Assembly: GCA_002716355.1 (NCBI GenBank) | Contig: PBAU01000003.1 | Coordinates: 240,001 to 272,000 of the forward strand | Direction: 5' to 3' | DNA from: a bacterium | GTDB lineage: Bacteria > UBP7 > UBA6624 | Length of the DNA: 32,000 bases | Shown: piece by piece, positions 1 to 8,699 of the stretch | Layout: each line of letters starts with the position of its first letter | Position numbering within the stretch: position 1 is the first letter of the stretch | Program-made: the position numbers and the translations under genes | Notes under the pieces: generated by a model | The model's input: only the letters and a program-made list of their open reading frames with translations | What the model was told of the DNA's origin: nothing | Database searches by the model: none

Positions 1-747
1 GAGTCGCCTGAAGGTTTTGAATGCACAACAACAAACAAAGTGAAAATATCAAAGCCTGCCAATTTAGAAATGAAGCTTATGCAAAAACCAACAATATCAT
101 CAATTTCCGGCATACGACATGACCCTACAAAATTTTATGCAAGCTTAACTATTGAAAATTCTGGAGAAAGCAACTCTGAAAAAGGAAGTATAGAAATCCA
201 AACAAGTCAAAAATTATCAATTTCATCAGATTTAAAAATTGATTTCGATAGCATTCCCCCAAAAGGGAAAAAAACTTTTTCATGGCTTGTCTCAATTGCT
301 CCTGAGTCATCAGGATCAGCTTCATTAAATTGGATTTTGAACCATAAGAATGAAGAAAGAACATCTAAAAAAATTGAATTTGATATACCTTCTCTCAACC
401 AACATATGAGAATAAAGTCAATACAAAGAAATTTTTCCAACTCTCTCGTAACGGCAGTGAAAATGAAGCCATTTTCAACTTTTTGGGGCCAATGGGAGCT
501 TCCCGGAAAATGCTTATTTGCTGGAAATGGAGGTATAGAAAAACATGGATATACCGTTGAAACAAAATGCCATGAAAATATAGTTGAAGTTTTAATTTCA
601 GGCAATGGAGATGAATTACCGCCTTTAGTTGGTCTTTTTAGAGTATTTCATTCTGGAAATCATGAAAAAAACTGGAATCGAATAAAAAATTGTATTAACA
701 TTAATAAGACAAGTGAATGTCAAACATTAGAGGAGATATGGGAATGA
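1..747 (+). CDS. hypothetical exported/surface protein, C-terminal part (ORF open to the left window edge)
   Basis: The reading frame has no stop from nt 1 to the TGA at 745-747, so the GTG at 40 in the ORF track is probably internal. The segment TIENSGESNSEKGSIEIQ...PPKGKKTFSWLVSIAPESSGSASLNW resembles CARDB/NEW3-type Ig-like surface domains, by eye only. No catalytic motif was recognised. Confidence 0.45.
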   Translation, partial: ESPEGFECTTTNKVKISKPANLEMKLMQKPTISSISGIRHDPTKFYASLTIENSGESNSEKGSIEIQTSQKLSISSDLKIDFDSIPPKGKKTFSWLVSIAPESSGSASLNWILNHKNEERTSKKIEFDIPSLNQHMRIKSIQRNFSNSLVTAVKMKPFSTFWGQWELPGKCLFAGNGGIEKHGYTVETKCHENIVEVLISGNGDELPPLVGLFRVFHSGNHEKNWNRIKNCININKTSECQTLEEIWE

Positions 748-1382
748 AAAAAATAACCTTGCTATTGATATTATCAATAATGAACATTGCAAACCTAAAA
801 GGACTAGATGTAAGAGATCTATCTGAAGATCACCCTGCATACAACACCGTAATATACCTTATCGAAGAAGGTTTTTTAAGCACTTTTGACGGTGATGAAT
901 TCAGAGGTGAGGAGTCTATAACTAGACTTGAGGTAGCAATGTTAGTTGACAAAATACTCAAACATGTTTCTTCCGGTGAGAAAAATCCAACAGCCCAAGA
1001 AGCTGATGCTATACGTTTATTGGCAGAAGAATTCAAAACAAACATCATAAGAATTGATGACAAGCTTTACGCTTTTGAGCAAAGAATCAAACTTCTGGAA
1101 AACGAGCAGTCTAAAGTTGTTGATGATTTTCTAGCAATCAAAATTGAAGTTGATGAAAAGCTAGCTAAATTCGAAAGTGACTTGGAATCATTACGACAAG
1201 GGTTAGAGAATCGATCCATACAGGAAGAAACAAAATTAATGCTTGATGAAATGAGCCTTAGATTAGCTGACCTTGAAACAAGAATGTCAGATTACGATAA
1301 AAAAAATGCAGATGGGTCAACAGCGCTTGAATCAAAATATGTATTTTGGCTTTTTGGACTGCTTGCTTTGGCATCCAGCTAA
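744..1382 (+). CDS. SLH-domain / coiled-coil envelope protein with N-terminal signal peptide and C-terminal hydrophobic anchor
   Basis: The ATG at 744 overlaps the upstream stop (ATGA) and lies 8 nt after GAGGAG (730-735). MKKITLLLILSIMNIANL reads as a signal peptide. DVRDLSEDHPAYNTVIYLIEEGFLSTFDGDEFRGEESITRLEVAMLVDKIL fits the S-layer-homology pattern (D..HPAY..V..L.E.G.....GD.FRG...ITR.E.A.L). A long heptad-like acidic/Leu-rich stretch follows, then the terminal YVFWLFGLLALASS. Confidence 0.65.
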   Translation: MKKITLLLILSIMNIANLKGLDVRDLSEDHPAYNTVIYLIEEGFLSTFDGDEFRGEESITRLEVAMLVDKILKHVSSGEKNPTAQEADAIRLLAEEFKTNIIRIDDKLYAFEQRIKLLENEQSKVVDDFLAIKIEVDEKLAKFESDLESLRQGLENRSIQEETKLMLDEMSLRLADLETRMSDYDKKNADGSTALESKYVFWLFGLLALASS

Positions 1383-1388
1383 ACAAAT

Positions 1389-2285
1389 TTGAAAGTCCTG
1401 GTTACTGGTGGTGCTGGATTCATTGGGCACACAATATCTAAAAAATATATTGAAAAAGGTTACGACGTAACAATACTAGACAATCTTTCAACAGGGAAAA
1501 AAGAAAATATACCAGATGGTGCTAATTTTATATTTGGTGATATATGTGATTCAGAAATTATAAAAAAATTAGGATCATTTGACCTTTTAAGCCATCATGC
1601 AGCTCAAACAAGTGTAACTTTCTCTGTTAAAAATCCTTTAATTGATGCAAGGAACAATGTGTTTGGAACAATATCTTTACTTGAAAGCATGAAAGGGAAA
1701 GTGAATCAAATCATATTTGCAAGCACAGGTGGAGCGATATACGGCAATATAAAAAAAATAGCAACAGAAAAACATGCAAAAAATCCAAAATCACCATATG
1801 CGTTAAACAAAATGACTGGAGAAAAAATAGTTACCATGTGGGCCAAGCAAAACAAAACAAAAGCAACAATACTTAGATATTCAAATGTTTATGGTCCAGG
1901 TCAAGACCCTCATGGTGAATCTGGAGTTATAGCAATATGGATGAAAAACATACTTGAAAAAAAACCATGCATCATATATGGAGATGGCAACTCAGTAAGA
2001 GATTATATATATGTAGAAGATGTTGCAAATGCAAATCTTTTATCAATCAATAAAGAAGGAATTTTCAATATTGGCACAGGTGTTGGAACGTCTACAAATG
2101 AACTATTTCAAATATTGAAACCTCAAGAAAAAGCAACTTATCAAAAAGCAAGAGATGGAGAAATAGAAAGAAGTGTTTTAGATTCATCAAAAGCAAAAAA
2201 AAGTTTTTTTTGGGAGTCTAAAACTAGAATACAAGATGGAATACGTTTAACATTTTCAAAAGAAAAAAGGAGAAAGAATAAATAA
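1389..2285 (+). CDS. NAD-dependent epimerase/dehydratase (UDP-glucose 4-epimerase-like, extended SDR)
   Basis: TTG start followed directly by the Rossmann motif KVLVTGGAGFIGHT. The catalytic YxxxK is present (SPYALNK). Length and motif order are typical of GalE-type SDRs. There is no in-frame ATG upstream of the Gly-rich loop, so the TTG start appears real. Confidence 0.85.
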   Translation: MKVLVTGGAGFIGHTISKKYIEKGYDVTILDNLSTGKKENIPDGANFIFGDICDSEIIKKLGSFDLLSHHAAQTSVTFSVKNPLIDARNNVFGTISLLESMKGKVNQIIFASTGGAIYGNIKKIATEKHAKNPKSPYALNKMTGEKIVTMWAKQNKTKATILRYSNVYGPGQDPHGESGVIAIWMKNILEKKPCIIYGDGNSVRDYIYVEDVANANLLSINKEGIFNIGTGVGTSTNELFQILKPQEKATYQKARDGEIERSVLDSSKAKKSFFWESKTRIQDGIRLTFSKEKRRKNK

Positions 2286-3235
2286 TGAGTAAAAAAGTTG
2301 GTTTTGTTGGGGCAGGTTTTGTAGGAGCAGAAGCTGCAAGGCAAGTAATGTCTGAAGGTATTGCGAATGTAGCACTTGTTGATATAGCTGGAGATATGGC
2401 AAAAGGAAAAGCTTTAGATTTAACAGAAGCTGCTCCAATACTCAAAACAGCTAAAAACGCAATCGGCGGTAGTGACTATAAGCTACTACAGGGTTCAGAT
2501 GTAATTGTAGTAACGGCAGGGATTCCAAGAAAGCCTGGAATGAGCAGAGATGATCTTCTTAAAACCAACATACTCATAACAAAAGAAGTATGTAATGGCA
2601 TTAAAAAATATGCTCCAGGAAGCATTGTGATAATGGTTACAAACCCATTAGATGCAATAGTTTATGTTGCACAAAAATTTTTAGAAGGAACATGTAAAGT
2701 TATTGGCATGGCTGGAGCTTTAGATAGTGCAAGATTTAGAACATTTCTTTCAATGGAAACAGGAGTTTCTTCAGACGATATACAAGCAATGGTCCTTGGG
2801 AGCCATGGTGATGCAATGGTTCCACTTGTTAGCTCAGCATCAATATCGGGAATACCAGCTAAAGAACTTATAAACGATAAACGTCTAGATGAAATTGTTG
2901 AAAGAACCCAAAAAGGTGGAGGAGAGATTGTTGCACTCTTAAAAACAGGTAGTGCGTACTATGCTCCTGGCATATCTGTTGCAAGTATGGTGAAAGCGAT
3001 CATATTAGATGAAAATAAGATAATTCCAACATGCACACAACTCAATGGCGAATATGGAGAGTCTGGCATATTCATGGGAGTCCCTGCAATTCTTGGTTCG
3101 AATGGGGTCAAAAAAATAATAGAAGTTTCTCTTTCGGAAAAAGAAAAAAACCTTTGGGGCAACAGTCTAGATCACGTTAAAGAACTCATGAATGTTTCTG
3201 ATTCGATAATCAAAAATGAAAAAATACAATTTTGA
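2285..3235 (+). CDS. mdh: malate dehydrogenase (LDH-like, type 3)
   Basis: KKVGFVGAGFVGAE is the dinucleotide fold. GIPRKPGMSRDDLL carries the Arg that marks MDH rather than LDH (which has Gln). Catalytic GSHGD is present. TAATG overlap with the upstream gene, and AGGAG lies upstream. Confidence 0.9.
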   Translation: MSKKVGFVGAGFVGAEAARQVMSEGIANVALVDIAGDMAKGKALDLTEAAPILKTAKNAIGGSDYKLLQGSDVIVVTAGIPRKPGMSRDDLLKTNILITKEVCNGIKKYAPGSIVIMVTNPLDAIVYVAQKFLEGTCKVIGMAGALDSARFRTFLSMETGVSSDDIQAMVLGSHGDAMVPLVSSASISGIPAKELINDKRLDEIVERTQKGGGEIVALLKTGSAYYAPGISVASMVKAIILDENKIIPTCTQLNGEYGESGIFMGVPAILGSNGVKKIIEVSLSEKEKNLWGNSLDHVKELMNVSDSIIKNEKIQF

Positions 3236-4040
3236 CAACCTTTCATTAACACATTTTTCATCTGGAACAATTTCTTTAGATGGCGGTGCAATGTTTGGAG
3301 TTGTTCCAAAGAACCTATGGAGCAAAGTCTATCCATGCGATGAACAAAACAGAATAAAACTCGGCATGAATCTTCTATTGATACAAGATGACAGTCAGAA
3401 CACTTTGATAGATACTGGTTGCTTGGGGATAAATAACACCAAACTGAAAAATATATACAACATAAAAAATAAAAATCCATTTGAAAAACTAGGTATATCT
3501 GAAGATGAGATCGACCACGTTGTATTAACGCATCTTCACTTCGATCATGCTGGCGGAGCAACAATGTTTAATGGTAAAAAATGGATTCCAAGATTCAAAA
3601 ACGCTACCTACTGGATAGACAAAACCGAATGGCAAAGAGCAAGCAATCCAAATGAAAGAGAAAAGGCTTCATACTACCCTGAAACCTTTTTACCACTTTT
3701 GGAAGAAGGGAAGGTTCAATTAATTTCTGGAAATAAAGAAATTATTAAAAATATATTTTTCATAAATGCTCCAGGCCACACTCCTGGCCACAGGATAATA
3801 AAAATCAAAAATGGACAAAAAGAAATGTATTATCTTGCCGATCTTGTGCCGACCGCAAAACATTTGCCAATTCCATGGATAATGTCCTATGATTTAGAAC
3901 CATTAAAAACGCTTGAAACAAGAAAAAAAATTTATCCTGAATTCATTAATAAAAATGTAAGATTATTTTTCGAACATGATGAAGAACCAACTTCAGGATT
4001 TGCAAAAGAAGAAAATAAAAAAATAACATTTTATAAATAA
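3216..4040 (+). CDS. MBL-fold metallo-hydrolase
   Basis: The HxHxDH zinc motif is present (THLHFDHAGG). The N-terminal LDGGAMFGVVPKNLW and the later PGHTPGH are typical of a roughly 270-aa MBL family. The gene overlaps the mdh 3' end by 20 nt. Confidence 0.8.
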   Translation: MKKYNFDNLSLTHFSSGTISLDGGAMFGVVPKNLWSKVYPCDEQNRIKLGMNLLLIQDDSQNTLIDTGCLGINNTKLKNIYNIKNKNPFEKLGISEDEIDHVVLTHLHFDHAGGATMFNGKKWIPRFKNATYWIDKTEWQRASNPNEREKASYYPETFLPLLEEGKVQLISGNKEIIKNIFFINAPGHTPGHRIIKIKNGQKEMYYLADLVPTAKHLPIPWIMSYDLEPLKTLETRKKIYPEFINKNVRLFFEHDEEPTSGFAKEENKKITFYK

Positions 4041-4190
4041 TTTTTTTATCGAAAATATATATTTTTTTATAATTTTTTATCAAAATATTTTTTATTTTTA
4101 AATTTATTTATCTTTATAGGTCTAAAAATTCATATTTTTTATTTTTTATGAAATGATAACCGTATATTTATTTAAGGGGTTATATAAATT
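4041..4190 (+). promoter_or_regulatory. AT-rich leader/promoter region of the glutamine synthetase gene
   Basis: This is the largest non-coding gap in the window and is almost pure A/T. It has a perfect TATAAT at 4068-4073. A direct repeat TTTTTTATC(G)AAAATAT occurs at 4042-4058 and 4073-4088. An inverted repeat ATAACC (4156-4161) / GGTTAT (4178-4183) overlaps the AAGGGG Shine-Dalgarno sequence. The actual promoter position is not determinable by eye in such AT-rich DNA. Confidence 0.35.
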
Positions 4191-6284
4191 ATGGACTATT
4201 CAACTAATTTTGGAAGCTTAACATTCAATAAAAAAGCAATGAAAAACTATATGCAAAAAAATACTTATAAAAAAATGTTAAAAATATTAGAGGGTGAAAA
4301 TGCAATGGATTCAAAAACTGCTAACGAAGTCGCTGAAGCAATGAAAACATGGGCTATCGAAAATGAATGCACTCATTACTGCCATTGGTTTCAACCTCTA
4401 ACAGGAAGCACTGCTGAAAAACATGATTCTTTTTACGATCCTGACAATAATGAAAATTTAATTACAAACTTCTCAGGAAAACTTCTTGTTAGAGGTGAAC
4501 CGGATGCAAGCTCATTTCCTTCAGGAGGAATCAGAGACACTTATGAGGCAAGAGGATACACAGCTTGGGATACTTCAAGCCCTGCTTTTATAAACAGAAA
4601 TGAAACAGGGGCAACCTTATGCATACCCACAGCTTTTGTCTCTTGGACAGGTGAAGCCTTGGATAAAAAAACACCTTTATTGAGATCAATAAATGCTGTA
4701 AATATTCAAGCGATGCGAATGCTTAAAATATTTGGAAATGACAAAGGGGTTAAAAAAACCATAACAACACTAGGATGCGAACAAGAGTTTTTTCTAATTG
4801 ATGAATCTTTTGTTGAAGAAAGAGAAGATTTGCTTCTATGTGGAACCACTTTAATTGGTAAAGAAGCTCCAAAAGGTCATCAATTAGATGATCATTATTT
4901 CGGAACAATGAAAGAAAGGGTTTTGGCTTATTACCATGACGTTGAATATCAATTACTAGACCTCGGTGTTCCTTTCAAAACAAGACATAATGAGGTTGCC
5001 CCAGCCCAATTTGAACTGGCTCCTACATTCGAAAATGCAAATGTTGCAACAGACCATCAAATGATAACCATGCATGTTTTAAAGAAAACTGCAAAAGACC
5101 ATGGCTTTTGCTGCCTTCTTCATGAAAAACCATTTGCAAGAATTAACGGATCTGGAAAACATAACAACTGGTCAATATCTACAGATACTGGATTGAACCT
5201 TCTTGACCCAACGGAAAAAACACATGAAAACATTCAGTTTTTAACATTCCTTTGTTCCATAATTCAAGCTGTTGACAAACATGCTGATCTTCTCAGAGCA
5301 TCAATCGCTTCAGCTGGCAATGACCTTAGGCTTGGCGGAAATGAAGCTCCACCTGCAATAATATCAATATTTCTAGGAGAAATGCTTACAGACATACTAG
5401 AACAAATAGAAAAAGGCAAAGTAAGCTCAACGAAAAAAGGTGGCATCATGAATCTTGGCTCAACAACTATTGCAGAAATATCTAGACATAGTGGTGATAG
5501 AAATAGAACAAGCCCATTTGCATTTACTGGCAATAAATTTGAATTCCGAGCACCCGGTTCAGCTTGCTCAATAGCATGGCCAAATACAGTTCTAAATACA
5601 ATAATCGCAGAATCAATAGATGAAATTGCTACAAAAATTGAACTAGAAATGAAATCTTTAAATTTAGAAAAAGCTGTTTACAAAGTCTTAAAAGAAGTCA
5701 TTACAAAACATAAGAAAGTATGCTTTGATGGTGATGGATACAGTCAAAATTGGGAAAAAGAAGCAATAGGTAGAGGTTTGCCAAACCTAAAGACTTGCGC
5801 TGACGCACTACCTTGTTTAAAGTCAAAAAAAGCATTAGATGTTTTTGAAAAATATGATGTGTTAACAAATGTTGAACTTAAAGCAAGAGTAGAAATTCTT
5901 GAAGAACAGTATGTTACAAACAAAGAAATAGAAGCAAGGACTCTGATTTCAATGATGAGTACTCAAATCATTCCTGCTGCTGAAGTATACCAATTTGAAC
6001 TTGCAAAGAACCTCAACACTGTATCATCAGCACTGGCCTCGAAAAATAAAACTAAAATCCAGCAAGCAAAATTAAACAACCTAACAAACATCATTGAGGA
6101 ATCCTTGGATCTTGTTCAAAGGTTGATACAGCAAGAAAAAAAACACCTCTCCCCTTCTGATATAAAAAATTCCATAATACCTTTAATGGATAAAATCAGA
6201 AGTTGTAGTGATGAGTTAGAAGGAATTATTCCAGATGACCTATGGCCTATTCCAAAATACTCAGAAATACTATTCTTGTTTTAA
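4191..6284 (+). CDS. glnN: glutamine synthetase, type III
   Basis: At 697 aa it is far longer than GSI. It carries GS catalytic-domain motifs (NEVAPAQFELAP, EKPFARINGSGKHNNWS, GGNEAPPAIISIFLG) and the GSIII-type N- and C-terminal extensions. Confidence 0.9.
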   Translation: MDYSTNFGSLTFNKKAMKNYMQKNTYKKMLKILEGENAMDSKTANEVAEAMKTWAIENECTHYCHWFQPLTGSTAEKHDSFYDPDNNENLITNFSGKLLVRGEPDASSFPSGGIRDTYEARGYTAWDTSSPAFINRNETGATLCIPTAFVSWTGEALDKKTPLLRSINAVNIQAMRMLKIFGNDKGVKKTITTLGCEQEFFLIDESFVEEREDLLLCGTTLIGKEAPKGHQLDDHYFGTMKERVLAYYHDVEYQLLDLGVPFKTRHNEVAPAQFELAPTFENANVATDHQMITMHVLKKTAKDHGFCCLLHEKPFARINGSGKHNNWSISTDTGLNLLDPTEKTHENIQFLTFLCSIIQAVDKHADLLRASIASAGNDLRLGGNEAPPAIISIFLGEMLTDILEQIEKGKVSSTKKGGIMNLGSTTIAEISRHSGDRNRTSPFAFTGNKFEFRAPGSACSIAWPNTVLNTIIAESIDEIATKIELEMKSLNLEKAVYKVLKEVITKHKKVCFDGDGYSQNWEKEAIGRGLPNLKTCADALPCLKSKKALDVFEKYDVLTNVELKARVEILEEQYVTNKEIEARTLISMMSTQIIPAAEVYQFELAKNLNTVSSALASKNKTKIQQAKLNNLTNIIEESLDLVQRLIQQEKKHLSPSDIKNSIIPLMDKIRSCSDELEGIIPDDLWPIPKYSEILFLF

Positions 6285-6302
6285 TTTACACAGGCAGCAA
6301 AA

Positions 6303-7229
6303 TCAAATTTTGTTGAATTTAAAAACTCGCAACTTTGCAGATCTGACTTGAGGCATTCTCGCTAACTCTGACTCATTAGGTTGAATCGGTTTCTTTGTAA
6401 CAATCTCTCCAAAACCCATTCTTTCCATTTTTTTATAAAAAGTCTTCACCTGTCTGTCTTCAGCACTATGCCACGTTAAAAAAACACCAATGCCACCCGC
6501 CCTGATTATTTCTAAAATTGAATTAAGCAATAGATCAAGCTCTTGTGATTCCCTGTTAACTTCTCTCCTTAAAGCCATGAAAATCTTTGTAGAAGGATGG
6601 ATTCTTTTAACGCCATTCTCAAAAAGAACTTCTGAAAGATGTTTACATGGCATTGAAGAAATATGCCTGTTTCTTACAATCTCATTTGTAATTTTTTTAT
6701 AACCCTTAATGCCACTTTCTTTGAAAATCTTATTTAATTGAGCTTCAGAGTATGAATTTAGTATTTCAGATGCTGTTAGAGTATTTTCACTTTTGTCAAA
6801 CCTCATATCAGCTTCTTCAACTCCATGAAATGACATATCTTCTCTATAAAGCTGGTCTAATCTAGCTCCAAGGTCAGCAAAAACAATATCACATTTCTTC
6901 CAACCTATTTTTTTCATAATTTTTTTTATCTGACTGTGTCTTGATTGAAAACATTGAAATTCAAACTTATTTAAACTGTCTTGTGGCGAATCTATATTTT
7001 TGAAAATTTTATTAAGTCTTTTTTGGGCTCTTTCAATTGACTCTTTATCCATGTCTAAACCAAGAACAGAACATCCACATTTCAAAAAAACTTCAGAATG
7101 CCCTCCATCCCCCAAAGTAGCATCAACAACCCTCAATGAACGTTCATTCAAGTAACCAGAATCACAAATCAAAGAATCAACAAACTGTTTAATTTCCACA
7201 GTCATTGCAGAAGGATGATAGCTAATCAT
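6303..7229 (-). CDS. rsmH: 16S rRNA (cytosine1402-N4)-methyltransferase RsmH/MraW
   Basis: YHPSAM...VVDATLGDGGHSE matches the RsmH N-terminus and SAM-binding motif HxPV / DxTxGxGGHS. I chose the ATG at 7229 (Met11 of the track ORF) because it starts 2 nt after the upstream TAG at 7222-7224. The longer 7259 start would overlap the upstream gene by 38 nt. Confidence 0.85.
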   Translation of the reverse strand: MISYHPSAMTVEIKQFVDSLICDSGYLNERSLRVVDATLGDGGHSEVFLKCGCSVLGLDMDKESIERAQKRLNKIFKNIDSPQDSLNKFEFQCFQSRHSQIKKIMKKIGWKKCDIVFADLGARLDQLYREDMSFHGVEEADMRFDKSENTLTASEILNSYSEAQLNKIFKESGIKGYKKITNEIVRNRHISSMPCKHLSEVLFENGVKRIHPSTKIFMALRREVNRESQELDLLLNSILEIIRAGGIGVFLTWHSAEDRQVKTFYKKMERMGFGEIVTKKPIQPNESELARMPQVRSAKLRVFKFNKI

Positions 7230-7632
7230 GCCAAAGCCACAACCCTCTTTCTTGATCAAAAAATCTAACCTTCTGATTTGAAGACTTCATAACCATGAAT
7301 TCACAAACAAACACCTCGCAGCCTTTCAGGACATGCCCTCCGTAAGTTTGACCTTTTTTATCAGATAAACTTATATGAAAATGTGGAAAAATAGCATCTT
7401 CAGTATTTGAATCAGATTTTAATGATATGTTCCCCGACAAAGAAACGATTTCTAAATCCTCCTCTATAAAAATTTCTTCATATCTCTCTTTTTTTTGGTT
7501 ATACCAAGCTATATTTGCCTGTTTCAAAGCACCTATACCTAAGATCCAACATGATTTAATTTTTTTATTTTTTGCAAAATCAAGAAGAGATTCAAGAAGG
7601 TCACATCCATTTTTCAAAGAATACATTTTCAT
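7222..7632 (-). CDS. PPC-domain (DUF296, PF03479-like) protein
   Basis: The pattern GCDLLESLLDFAK...CWILGIGALKQANIAWY...LEIVSLSGNISL...PHFHISLSDKKGQTYGGHVLKGCEVFVCEFMV fits the PPC/DUF296 fold signature (G.GAL...LEI.SL.GNI...H.H..L.....G...GGHL). Its ATG shares one nt with the lpxK stop (TAATG). Confidence 0.65.
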   Translation of the reverse strand: MKMYSLKNGCDLLESLLDFAKNKKIKSCWILGIGALKQANIAWYNQKKERYEEIFIEEDLEIVSLSGNISLKSDSNTEDAIFPHFHISLSDKKGQTYGGHVLKGCEVFVCEFMVMKSSNQKVRFFDQERGLWLWHD

Positions 7633-8570
7633 TACATCATATTTTCATTTAAAAATTTTAAAAAATCATTTGGAAGCTCAATTTTCCTAACCCTTATCCA
7701 ACAAGGAAAACCTTTTAATTGCCATCTTGAGGCATCTTTTTTTGTAATAATTACACCACCGTAAGATCTAGCATTCATAATAACAAGATTCTTCCATTTA
7801 GGAGAAATGGCATGATCGGGTATATTAAGATTAAAACAATCAATACCTTCACTCTTCAATTCCTCTTCCAAACTTTTAGAATTTGCTATGCCGGCAGCTA
7901 AAGGCAGCCTTGTTGATGGAGGATCTGTCGGTTCCCATTTTTCATCTAACCAATCATTACCATTTGATTTAATTTTAAATTTTTTAATAGAAGGTGCCCA
8001 TCTTTTAACTTCTGAAAAATCTGCATTTGGCATGGACAGCAAACAATCAGCACGAGAGTAAGAGCTTCCCCATTCTCTCAATAAGCCTTTTGGGAAAGGT
8101 ATCGATGCCTTATTGCCTGAAATAGAAACTATATTCAGGTCAACTTCTATTGATGCCCACTGAAAACCATCTTCTAAAATAACTACGTCACATCCAATTT
8201 TTGACAACTCTTCACAAAGATAATCCTTATCTTTTCCAATTGCAATAATCAAACCAGGAACCTCTTTTTTTATCAAGCTTGCTTCATCTCCAACTTCAAT
8301 ATCACAAAAATCCTGTCCAGGGCCAAAAATTTTATTATCCCATTTCCTCTTACCACCATAACCTAAAAGTACAATCCCCACATTTTTATACTTTTCTACT
8401 AAATATCTTGAAATCAGTATTGAAATTGGTGTTTTGCCTGCCCCGCCTGCTTGAACAGATCCGATACTAATGACCTTAGAAGAAAGTCTTATTGGCTTTT
8501 TCCCATAGTGCCTTCGTAGAGATTCCCTCAAGAAAGAATAAAAAATTTCCATTAATCCAGTTTTTTTCAT
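7632..8570 (-). CDS. lpxK: tetraacyldisaccharide 4'-kinase (lipid A biosynthesis)
   Basis: P-loop ISIGSVQAGGAGKTP, followed by LLGYGGKRK, VGDEASL and ILEDGFQW. These correspond to the LpxK motifs VGN..GGTGKTP, SRGYGG, GDEP and DDGFQH. Confidence 0.85.
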   Translation of the reverse strand: MKKTGLMEIFYSFLRESLRRHYGKKPIRLSSKVISIGSVQAGGAGKTPISILISRYLVEKYKNVGIVLLGYGGKRKWDNKIFGPGQDFCDIEVGDEASLIKKEVPGLIIAIGKDKDYLCEELSKIGCDVVILEDGFQWASIEVDLNIVSISGNKASIPFPKGLLREWGSSYSRADCLLSMPNADFSEVKRWAPSIKKFKIKSNGNDWLDEKWEPTDPPSTRLPLAAGIANSKSLEEELKSEGIDCFNLNIPDHAISPKWKNLVIMNARSYGGVIITKKDASRWQLKGFPCWIRVRKIELPNDFLKFLNENMM

Positions 8571-8657
8571 TAATTACTACTTCCTATTTTAGACAGGCTT
8601 GATTAACTTTTATATATTTTTCCTAACTAAAAATGGAATAAAAAACACTCTAAATAC

Positions 8658-8685
8658 TTGACAGGGGTAATTATGACGTTATATA
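8658..8685 (+). promoter_or_regulatory. candidate sigma70-type promoter of the mraZ/dcw operon
   Basis: TTGACA (8658-8663), a 16-nt spacer, then TATATA (8680-8685), about 15 nt upstream of the mraZ start. A GTGGGT box lies at 8689-8694 and an AGGGGT box at 8662-8667. MraZ operators in other bacteria are G-rich repeats of the TGGGN type. Confidence 0.4.
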
Positions 8686-8699
8686 CTAGTGGGTGAAAT

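Noticed and set aside
207-605. 132-aa antisense ORF opposite the first surface-protein gene. Similar long antisense ORFs occur at 3172-3564 (130 aa), 18710-19033 (107 aa), 21249-21551 (100 aa) and 5264-5533 (89 aa).
   Set aside because: Each lies fully inside a sense-strand gene with clear family motifs or better coding character. Their translations are Cys/Phe/Ser-rich and low in Lys/Glu, unlike every confident protein here. They have no Shine-Dalgarno sequences. They are unexpectedly long for AT-rich DNA, but most likely shadow ORFs.
2195-2211. A8-G-T8 run inside the epimerase gene, and many other A7-A9 tracts in Lys-rich genes, as possible phase-variation slippage sites or hairpins.
   Set aside because: Poly-A runs are everywhere because of the AAA-Lys codon bias of this genome. 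All reading frames are intact, and nothing distinguishes these tracts from background composition.
4041-4190. Possible glutamine (glnA-motif) riboswitch upstream of glutamine synthetase.
   Set aside because: The known glnA RNA motif needs conserved G/C-containing stems and a pseudoknot. This leader is almost pure A/T and shows no such pattern.
6298-6312. Palindrome CAAAAT-CAA-ATTTTG between the convergent glnN and rsmH genes, a possible bidirectional terminator.
   Set aside because: The stem is only 6 bp and all A/T except one pair, with a 3-nt loop. It overlaps the rsmH stop codon. It is too weak to call an intrinsic terminator.
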